Shown here piece after piece: positions 1 to 7,035 of a DNA stretch of 33,395 nt; the first letter of the stretch is position 1; each line of letters begins with the position of its first letter. A program made the position numbers and the translations under genes. The DNA comes from Thermoplasmata archaeon (GTDB lineage: Archaea; Thermoplasmatota; Thermoplasmata; RBG-16-68-12; JAFNFQ01). The stretch spans positions 1 through 33,395 of the forward strand of contig JBGPQV010000026.1 of assembly GCA_041489255.1 (NCBI GenBank), read 5' to 3'. The notes beneath the pieces are model-generated. The model worked only from the letters and a program-made list of their open reading frames with translations, was not told the origin of the DNA and did not search any database.

Positions 1-143
1 AGGCGTGGCGGTTCGAGACGCTGGACGACTTCCTGTTCTACTACAACCAGGTCAGGCCTCACCAGTCCTTGGACTACGAGAAGCCTTTGGAGGTGTTCCT
101 TGCAGACCCACTCCCGTTCCACTAATTATTGCGTAGTACAACA
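1..143 (+). mobile_element. Right end of IS481-family insertion sequence
   Basis: The transposase stop is followed after 18 nt by ...GTAGTACAACA, ending in ACA (reverse complement TGTTGTAC). This matches the TGT...ACA termini of IS481. The left end is outside the window. Confidence 0.6.
3..125 (+). CDS. 3' end of DDE transposase/integrase core (IS481-like), truncated by window start
   Basis: Frame 3 reads AWRFETLDDFLFYYNQVRPHQSLDYEKPLEVF...H*. The YN..RPH.SL...P motif is typical of the C-terminus of IS481/IS3 integrase cores. TAA at 123-125. Confidence 0.8.
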   Translation, partial: AWRFETLDDFLFYYNQVRPHQSLDYEKPLEVFLADPLPFH

Positions 144-167
144 CGCGCCTGCAGTTTCATCGTAGGC

Positions 168-581
168 TCAAGTTCGCCTTGGAGTCCCGACGTCGTACTC
201 GTTTTCGATGGACTTTGGCGCGAGCCTGGCCGACAGAATCATGAACACGACGCCGATGATAAGCACGACCAACCCGATCGCGGCGACCATCCTGTTTATC
301 CACCCGAACGCGTCGTATGCCGAGCCCACGACCGGAATCTTGAGGCTGTCATGAAGCAGCGAGCCCAAAGCCATCCCAGGTCCGCCTATCAGGATGAAGA
401 CGATACCCAGGTAGAACATGATCCTTTCGCGGCGCCCCGACTTCTTGCCCCCCTCGGCCTCCTTGAGCAGTTCCTCGGAGAATATTTCTCCGCACTGGGG
501 GCACTCCTTTGCATCAGCAGGTATCTTGGCGCCGCAGCTGGAACACTCGGCAAGCTCTGGGGAGGGGTCTTTCTTGGCCAC
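168..581 (-). CDS. Zinc-ribbon membrane protein (CxxC-10-CxxC plus two TM helices)
   Basis: CSSCGAKIPADAKECPQCGE followed by two hydrophobic segments. The ORF is open to 698, but the TATA at 617-622 favours a start at GTG 581 or ATG 599. Confidence 0.75.
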   Translation of the reverse strand: MAKKDPSPELAECSSCGAKIPADAKECPQCGEIFSEELLKEAEGGKKSGRRERIMFYLGIVFILIGGPGMALGSLLHDSLKIPVVGSAYDAFGWINRMVAAIGLVVLIIGVVFMILSARLAPKSIENEYDVGTPRRT

Positions 582-616
582 TACAGTCACACCATCCATG
601 TCATTTCGCGGGTCAG

Positions 617-629
617 TTATAATGCTTTT
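617..629 (-). promoter_or_regulatory. BRE-TATA promoter candidate
   Basis: Minus strand AAAAGCATTATAA upstream of the zinc-ribbon gene. Confidence 0.5.
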
Positions 630-719
630 GTCCTGACTCTCCGAAAGCCTAATGAGCGACCGTCTGGACGGGCTGTCTGAAACTGGACTCAACACCACTC
701 GTCATCCAAGAAGGTAGTC

Positions 720-745
720 GGGTAGGGCCGGAAGAGGCCCTACCC
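720..745 (-). terminator. Perfect 10-bp hairpin overlapping the CARDB gene stop
   Basis: GGGTAGGGCC-GGAAGA-GGCCCTACCC; the stop TAG (740-742) lies in the stem. Only a weak pyrimidine tail follows. Confidence 0.45.
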
Positions 746-1849
746 CTGCGAGAAGAATTCGCCTTGGACTTCATGCCCGTTGAAGTGCACCTTCACCACG
801 TGCCAGCCCTCGCTGAAATTATAGCCCATGATCGTGCCGGAGTCCGGCGTTCTCCCGTAGAACTCGTTGTCGATGAAGACCTCCGCGCCGACAATCGCCC
901 TGTGCTCGTTGTCATAGACGACTATGACGACATCGTCAACTCGGCCGTTTCCGTCGTTGTCGAACCTGACAAGGGTCAGATTGATCTCCTGCTGCTCGGG
1001 CGGGTCGACAACAATCCCCCTGTCGGTGGCATTGTTTTCCTCGTTGCTCTCCTGAATCTTGTTCTCCGGATCTATCTTCACGAATATGTTGTGCTCGCCG
1101 GCAGGCTGCGCCTTCCATTCATGGCAAACCTCGGCCGACTCGCCCGGGCCGAGATGGTTGATCACCTTCGTGCCGATCAGGCTCGTCTGTCCCCTGTATA
1201 TGTCGGCGAACCGGACGTCGATGTTGCTGGCGCCGTCCTCTCCTATGTTCTTGACCACGACGCAGATGTTGATTGTCTGTCCTTCTTTCGGATGCTCGTT
1301 GGAGAACCAAATGCCCTCCACGAATGTCAGATCCGGAAGCAGGCCGTCTCGCGGCCTGACCTCGATCGCGCGGTCCGCAGCGTTGTTCTCCTCGTTCCAC
1401 TCAGGGAGCATGTTCTCTGGATCGACCTTCACCAAGATGCCGTGCACGCCTGCGGGCCCCGCGGTCCAGTTGACGCACACCGTCTCTTGGGAATCTGGCG
1501 GGAGCTGCGGTATCCACTTCCTGCCGATTTCCTGGTACGATCCGCCGAAGTAGTCACGGAAGTCGACGCGGACTTCCTGGGCGGTCGCGTTGCCGATGTT
1601 ATGCACCGCCGCACAAATCTCGACGATATCTCCCACGAAAGGGCTATCGTTCGAGAAGGTGATGTCCTGGCCCGAGACCATGAGGTCGGGCATCGTTTCC
1701 AAAGGTCCCTCCCCGCTGTCCCCGCTCAAGCCCTGCCTGCTCATCTGACCGATGAGGAACAGGCCAGAGCCGGCCAGCAGGAGGGCAATCGCCAAGCTCA
1801 ATAGACCCCTGAAAAGCCTAGAATCATGGAGCAGTTCCGAGTGCTTCAT
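740..1849 (-). CDS. Secreted/membrane-anchored protein with two CARDB (Ig-like) domains
   Basis: N-terminal hydrophobic segment, then two repeats of PDL...I.FSN..P..G..V.I...V.N.G...A....V.F.D...G.H.I.VK.DP.N...E.NE.NN. SD GGAGG upstream. Confidence 0.85.
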   Translation of the reverse strand: MKHSELLHDSRLFRGLLSLAIALLLAGSGLFLIGQMSRQGLSGDSGEGPLETMPDLMVSGQDITFSNDSPFVGDIVEICAAVHNIGNATAQEVRVDFRDYFGGSYQEIGRKWIPQLPPDSQETVCVNWTAGPAGVHGILVKVDPENMLPEWNEENNAADRAIEVRPRDGLLPDLTFVEGIWFSNEHPKEGQTINICVVVKNIGEDGASNIDVRFADIYRGQTSLIGTKVINHLGPGESAEVCHEWKAQPAGEHNIFVKIDPENKIQESNEENNATDRGIVVDPPEQQEINLTLVRFDNDGNGRVDDVVIVVYDNEHRAIVGAEVFIDNEFYGRTPDSGTIMGYNFSEGWHVVKVHFNGHEVQGEFFSQG

Positions 1850-1883
1850 CCGGATTTCCTCCGGAATGAGCCACCGCCAGGAG

Positions 1884-1899
1884 TATATAAGTAAAGTTT
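1884..1899 (-). promoter_or_regulatory. BRE-TATA promoter candidate
   Basis: Minus strand AAACTTTACTTATATA about 35 nt upstream of ATG 1849. Confidence 0.55.
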
Positions 1900-1934
1900 G
1901 GTACGCCTTCGATGCGAGGGTTTGGAGGTCGCGC

Positions 1935-2237
1935 TTACTGGGCCCTGACCAGTGCGTTCGGATTCGGAGACTCGTAGGGTCTCATCTCGGCCGGCATCGG
2001 ATTCCCCGCCTCATCCCTGCGGTAGAAGTCGACGACGGACTTGACCGCGACGCCCCTGCCGAGAACCTCTACTATGACCCCGTTGCGAGTGTCAGCTATC
2101 CATTTTGCCTCGTCATACGTCGGAACGACGGCCACATACGGTTTCTGAAAGTGCCACCACAAGACCACGTAGATGGCCTCGGGCTGTTCCTCCTCCTTGG
2201 CAATCTTCGCCTTGCTAGACTCGACCTTCTTCTTCAT
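1935..2237 (-). CDS. Small hypothetical protein (100 aa)
   Basis: Strong SD GGAGGTG precedes ATG 2237 (MKKKVESSK...). Codon usage is host-like. No family recognised. Confidence 0.65.
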   Translation of the reverse strand: MKKKVESSKAKIAKEEEQPEAIYVVLWWHFQKPYVAVVPTYDEAKWIADTRNGVIVEVLGRGVAVKSVVDFYRRDEAGNPMPAEMRPYESPNPNALVRAQ

Positions 2238-2367
2238 CTTGCCACCTCCAATCTCCAATAAGCCAGCGGCATCCATTCGATGCCGTGCACGAATAAAGAA
2301 GGTTCTCCCGCACTTATCAGCCATGATAATTCCCAGCGATCCCCGTGCGTGTTGGTTGTCGATGTCG

Positions 2368-3156
2368 CTACTTGCCACCGAATTGCGGCTTCCTCTTCTC
2401 CAGGAAGGCAGTCATCGCTTCCATCTGGTCCGGCGTGTCAAACATCAGGGCCCAGGTCTGAATTTCCTCTTCGAGTCCTGTGGCGAGCGGGACCTCTTGA
2501 GTGAGGTTCACCGCGCGCTTCGCGGCCATGAGGGCGGATCTGCTCTTCTCCGCGAGCACCCTCGCGAGCTCCGTCGCGGCATTGTCAAGCTCGCTCCGGG
2601 GCACAACTTGATGGACGAGCCCGAGATGCAGCGCCTCCGCGGCCTTGACCCTCCGCCCCGTGAATATCAGGTCCTTGGCCCTCGGATATCCGATGATGCG
2701 CGAGAGCCTCTGACTCCCGCCCCAACCCGGGAAAATGCCTATGTCGATCTCCGGCTGTGCCATCACCACATCGTCTGAGGCGATGCGGAAATCGCACGCG
2801 CAGGCGATCTCCACCCCACCTCCCATGACGTATCCGTTCAGTGCCACGATGGTCGGCGGGAGATCGGTCTCGATGCGACGTGCGACGAGGTGCCCCAAAG
2901 CCGAGAACTCCCTCGCCGTCCGGGGATTCAGTTGCCTCATCTCCGTGATGTCGGCACCAGCAGTGAAAGCCTTGGCGCAGTTGCTCCTGAGGACGACGGC
3001 CCTGATGCTTTCGTCGGAAGCAACGTCGGTCAGGGCGGCGTTGAGCTCGCGCAATGCAAGTGAGTTGAAGACGTTCAGCCGCTCGGGCCTGTTCAAGGAT
3101 ATGTGAGCTGCGCCGTTGTTTTTCTCGAGAACGAGCGAAGCCCACGTGCCTTCCAT
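2368..3156 (-). CDS. crt: Enoyl-CoA hydratase (crotonase family)
   Basis: LNRPERLN, FTAGADITE, GGGVEIACACD and AQPEIDIG (both catalytic Glu present), AFLEKRKPQF. SD GGTGA overlaps the phaC stop; start ATG 3156. Confidence 0.9.
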   Translation of the reverse strand: MEGTWASLVLEKNNGAAHISLNRPERLNVFNSLALRELNAALTDVASDESIRAVVLRSNCAKAFTAGADITEMRQLNPRTAREFSALGHLVARRIETDLPPTIVALNGYVMGGGVEIACACDFRIASDDVVMAQPEIDIGIFPGWGGSQRLSRIIGYPRAKDLIFTGRRVKAAEALHLGLVHQVVPRSELDNAATELARVLAEKSRSALMAAKRAVNLTQEVPLATGLEEEIQTWALMFDTPDQMEAMTAFLEKRKPQFGGK

Positions 3157-3160
3157 GCGC

Positions 3161-4264
3161 TCACCGTGTTTCCTTGGCAGGCAAAGATCGATTGGTGAAC
3201 CACCCCGCCACCTTCGGCCACAGGTCCCTGTGCGGCCCACCTCCGACTGACAGTCCAATGTGACCGGTCGGGTAGGACATCGTCGTCTTGTCTTTCGAGG
3301 GAGCCACGTTGAGCAGTCCGAGGGTCGATGACGGCGGGACGATGTGGTCCTTCTCGGCGACGATGACCAGGATCGGCATCGTCAATCTCTTGACATCCGC
3401 CCGCCCGCCATTGACCCTCAGCTTGTTCTTCACGAACAGGTTCTTCTGGTATCCGTCGCGGATCAGATCGACGTAAAACGCTCCCGCAACCGGGATGCCA
3501 TCGGACAGCCATTTCTCCATGCGCAGGAACATCTCCACCGATTTCCTGTCCTCGATGTTCTCGTAGAAGTTGAGATACTTCAGCAGAGTATTGCCGAGAG
3601 GATCCAGCATTGCGAAGCCGCCGTTCAGGAACTCCGAGGGCGCGTTGCCGAATGCCTCCACGACCTGCTTGGGGTCAAAGTACTCCTCCCTCGTCCATAG
3701 GTGCAACAGACCTTCGCCAATGCCGAAGTCGAGGGGGGAGGCCATCACCGCCAAATTCCTGACGCGGTCCGGGTGCAGGCTCGCGTATACGGACGTGAGG
3801 TATCCTCCGATGCAGTAGCCTAGGAGGGAGATGCTTTCTTGACCGGACCTCTTCGCTATCGCGCATACGCAGTCGTCCATGTACCGCTCTATGTAATCAT
3901 CGAGCCCAAGGAATCGGTCGCCATGCTTGGGCTTGCCCCAGTCGATCATGTAGACGTCCAGCCCCTGCTTGAGCAGCGACTGGACAACGCTCCTGTCCGG
4001 CTGCAGGTCGAGGATGTAGGGTCTGTTGATCAGCGCGTAGACCAGGAGCACGGGGACGAGGTTCTTCTCCTCTGGCCCGTCAAGATAGTGGAGCAGCCTC
4101 ATCCTGTCCTTCTTCAGGACGACCTCGCAGGCGGAGCTGCCCACGTCTGCCGCCGGGACGTCGGCTGCGAGTCTCGAGGCCGCGATCGCCTGCCTGGTGC
4201 ACTTCTCGAGCTGCTTCTCCATGCTCCTGGAAACCTTCGACCATGCGTCGCCCTGTTCATTCAT
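3161..4264 (-). CDS. phaC: Class III polyhydroxyalkanoate synthase subunit PhaC
   Basis: PVLLVYALINRPYILDLQPDRS, YMIDWG, lipase-like box GYCIGG (catalytic Cys), AEKDHIVP (Asp), TGHIG (His). 367 aa is the class III size. Confidence 0.95.
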   Translation of the reverse strand: MNEQGDAWSKVSRSMEKQLEKCTRQAIAASRLAADVPAADVGSSACEVVLKKDRMRLLHYLDGPEEKNLVPVLLVYALINRPYILDLQPDRSVVQSLLKQGLDVYMIDWGKPKHGDRFLGLDDYIERYMDDCVCAIAKRSGQESISLLGYCIGGYLTSVYASLHPDRVRNLAVMASPLDFGIGEGLLHLWTREEYFDPKQVVEAFGNAPSEFLNGGFAMLDPLGNTLLKYLNFYENIEDRKSVEMFLRMEKWLSDGIPVAGAFYVDLIRDGYQKNLFVKNKLRVNGGRADVKRLTMPILVIVAEKDHIVPPSSTLGLLNVAPSKDKTTMSYPTGHIGLSVGGGPHRDLWPKVAGWFTNRSLPAKETR

Positions 4265-4289
4265 ACGATTGTCTCCGATGCTCGGTCGA

Positions 4290-4826
4290 TTACTTCGCCC
4301 GGCGATTGCCGCTGTTCTCCAACGACTTGACCATGTAGTCCACTCGCTTGCTCAGGTTGTACAGCGCTTCGTGAAGCTCGTCAATATCTCCTCTTGTGGG
4401 GAGGTGCAACGCCCTGAGGGTCTCTTCCATGACCTCGTTCCAGGCTTTGACGCCATCGAGCATTCCTTTCACGCCGTTGCCCGACCTGGCGGCGAAGGAC
4501 TTCGTGGCCAGAACCTTCTTCATCATCTCGTTGTAGGAGACCAGCATGTAGCGGCGCAGCTCTTCCTGCCCGACCAAGGGATCCTCGCGCGTTCGCGCCT
4601 CGCCAGCGGATTCCCACAGGGCCGCGAACATCTTGGCCCAGTATTGGGCCACTGTCGGCGCGACCTCCTTGGCGGCATCGCTGACGTCGGCCCCCGCCTT
4701 CCGGCTCCATTCCTTCCAGATGTCCATCTGCGCGTCCACTACTTCCTTGAACAGGTGGACAGGCTCTTGGCTCGGCGGTTCCGCGGGCAGCGTGTTGCCT
4801 GGGCTGTTCCTGCGCTTCGCTACCAC
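4290..4826 (-). CDS. phaE: PHA synthase subunit PhaE (short type)
   Basis: C-terminal LRALHLPTRGDIDELHEALYNLSKRV matches the PhaE PTR..IDE...LY.L..R motif. Lies directly upstream of phaC; SD AGGTGA. Confidence 0.8.
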   Translation of the reverse strand: MVAKRRNSPGNTLPAEPPSQEPVHLFKEVVDAQMDIWKEWSRKAGADVSDAAKEVAPTVAQYWAKMFAALWESAGEARTREDPLVGQEELRRYMLVSYNEMMKKVLATKSFAARSGNGVKGMLDGVKAWNEVMEETLRALHLPTRGDIDELHEALYNLSKRVDYMVKSLENSGNRRAK

Positions 4827-4866
4827 ATCATCACCTGGCCTGCATATCGTCGATGACGTGGCGGGT

Positions 4867-5805
4867 CTAGCGCGGCGCGTCCTTGATCCTCTTCTCGAGG
4901 TCTAGGAGCCTCTTCTCGAGGATGGTCAGCTCGCTCCTTGCGGTCTCGTTCGCGACCTGCCACCACTGGCTCATTCGCTCGAGCGACTTGTTCTGCTGCT
5001 CGAAGAACCTTTCGTACAGCTCCTCGTAGCCCACGCCGATCTCGTTGGCAAGGCGGGCCATCTCTTTCTCGATCTTGCTGTAGTACTGCGTCCAGGTCTT
5101 CTGCAGCTTGTCATGATCCTGGCTTGTGCCGTTGACCACCTGGATCAGGCTGTCGCCGACCTCCTTGGAGAACTGCGTCCAAAGGTTCGAGAGTTCCGAC
5201 CAGTCGCCGCTCTTCTCGCCGAGGTTCGACATCAACTGCTGCATCCTGTTGTTGAACTCGAACCAGGTCTTGGAGATCTGGTCTGCCTCGCCGTGGCCCT
5301 TGTTCATCGCGGAGTCCATCTGCTTCCTGACGGTCGTCCCGAACTCGAGCCAGGCGTCGTAGAGCTGCTCCAGCCGGCGGGGGTCCCACTCTGCCTTCTC
5401 GGACAGTTTCTGGGCCTCGTCGCCGATCATCTTGGAGTACCTGTCGATGCTGGAGGTAATCCCGCCGTAGTTCTGCATGCCTTCGGTCATCGCCTTCACG
5501 ACCCTCGGGCCGATCTTGTTGGTGTAGTTTCTCCAGACGTCGTAGAACTCCCTCTGGGAGCCGTTCGCGTTCTCCTTGCTCAGCCGCTTGCTCATCTCGC
5601 CGGAGAGCTTGTTCCACTGCCCGAAGAAGTCGTCGTACGTCCTCTGCTGCTTCTTCACGTTCTCGTCTATCTGGCCCTCCAGATCCTGTCTGAAGCTAGA
5701 CCAGGTCTGGAAGAACCTGTTGTAGCCCTCCAGGAGCCGTTGCGCTGACCCATCGTCCTTCGGCGGGGCCTTGTGCCCGCCGGTTTCCGTTTCTTGCTTT
5801 TTCAT
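4867..5805 (-). CDS. PHA-granule-associated amphipathic repeat protein (long PhaE-like or phasin-like)
   Basis: All-helical, with about nine 27-32-aa repeats centred on W/F and a C-terminal RSEL..LEKRLLDLEKR coil. Sits between phaB and phaE. SD GAGGTG precedes ATG 5805. Confidence 0.65.
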   Translation of the reverse strand: MKKQETETGGHKAPPKDDGSAQRLLEGYNRFFQTWSSFRQDLEGQIDENVKKQQRTYDDFFGQWNKLSGEMSKRLSKENANGSQREFYDVWRNYTNKIGPRVVKAMTEGMQNYGGITSSIDRYSKMIGDEAQKLSEKAEWDPRRLEQLYDAWLEFGTTVRKQMDSAMNKGHGEADQISKTWFEFNNRMQQLMSNLGEKSGDWSELSNLWTQFSKEVGDSLIQVVNGTSQDHDKLQKTWTQYYSKIEKEMARLANEIGVGYEELYERFFEQQNKSLERMSQWWQVANETARSELTILEKRLLDLEKRIKDAPR

Positions 5806-5857
5806 GGTTTGTTGCACCTCTCTTTTTCTTGTTCTCAGCCAATGAATATGGCTAGCG

Positions 5858-6676
5858 TCAGAGATACTGGCCTCCGTTCACGTTCAACACGTGTCCTGTG
5901 ATGTACGAGGCGTCGTCCGAAGCCAGGAAGACGACCGCCTTGGCAACCTCCGAAGGTTGCCCAAATCTCTTCATGGGGATTTGCTCGATGATCCTCTCCC
6001 TGATCTTCTCAGGGACGCCCGCCAGCATCGACGTCTCGATGAACCCGGGCGCGATGGCGTTGACAGTTACGCTCTTTGATGCGAGTTCTTTCGCGAGGGC
6101 CTTGGTCATCCCTATGATCCCCGCCTTGCTCGCAGCGTAGTTGACCTGGCCTATGTTCCCCATCTGCCCGACGATGCTGGTGATGTTGATTATCCTGCCA
6201 TGCTTGGATGCGAGTAGGTCCTCGAGGAAGATGCGAGTGCAGTTGAAGACGCCTATGAGGTTGATTGCGAGGACCTTGTTCCAGTCCTCCGGTTGCATCT
6301 TGGAGAAGAGCTTGTCGACGTTGATGCCCGCGTTGTTCACCAGGATGTCGATCGGACCTAGGTACTTCGCGAGGCTCGTCCTCATGGCCTGGACTTTGCC
6401 GTAGTCGGAGATGTCCGCGGGGTAGACCCAGGTGTTCTTCCCCATGACCTCGATGGACATGGCGAGGGTGTCAGCGTCATCGTCGCTGCGATTGTAGTTG
6501 ATTGCGACGTCGGCCCCCTCTTCAGCAAGAGCCATCGCGATCTCTCGCCCTATCCCTCTCGAGGCGCCGGTGACTAGGGCTTTCAAGCCCGTGAGCTTCC
6601 CATCGATTTTTCGGACACGCTGGATTGGGGTCTCGCCCATCCCTTGCGCTGGCGCCGGAACCTGTTGCTGCATCAT
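5858..6676 (-). CDS. phaB: Acetoacetyl-CoA reductase PhaB / FabG-type short-chain dehydrogenase
   Basis: TGASRGIG, NNAG, SIVGQMGNIGQVNYAASK (YxxxK), VNAIAPGFIET, YITGHVLNVNGG. PhaB assignment rests on the operon context. Start uncertain (ORF open to 6751). Confidence 0.85.
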   Translation of the reverse strand: MMQQQVPAPAQGMGETPIQRVRKIDGKLTGLKALVTGASRGIGREIAMALAEEGADVAINYNRSDDDADTLAMSIEVMGKNTWVYPADISDYGKVQAMRTSLAKYLGPIDILVNNAGINVDKLFSKMQPEDWNKVLAINLIGVFNCTRIFLEDLLASKHGRIINITSIVGQMGNIGQVNYAASKAGIIGMTKALAKELASKSVTVNAIAPGFIETSMLAGVPEKIRERIIEQIPMKRFGQPSEVAKAVVFLASDDASYITGHVLNVNGGQYL

Positions 6677-6845
6677 ATCTGCCACGATTCCTCTGAAGTT
6701 GCGCACGCCTGCTGAGGCTGGTGTTGCTTCGCGTAATGCTCTCTTTTGCATCCACGTGTAGTCCTCATCGTTGCCACGCGCCGTTCTCCGATACTCTCCT
6801 TCCTCAGCGGAGGGTGCTTCGGTGCGTTTCGAACTCTGCGTGGGT

Positions 6846-6862
6846 ATTTAATGGGAAAAGGC
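6846..6862 (-). promoter_or_regulatory. TATA-like element upstream of pha operon
   Basis: Minus strand CCTTTTCCCATTAAATA, an AT-rich patch upstream of phaB. Confidence 0.35.
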
Positions 6863-7035
6863 TTGGTTATCACCAACAAGAATCATGAGCTTCGGCGTGG
6901 CAAGTCATGTGTCGATTCGATTTCCGAGGGAATCGACCGCGTATTTGAAGTCGCCGTCGCGCTGGAATGCCAGATTGATTGCAGAGTCCGTTCAAGACTC
7001 ACTCCGATTCGGAAGATAGGCTTCTGTCGGATGCA

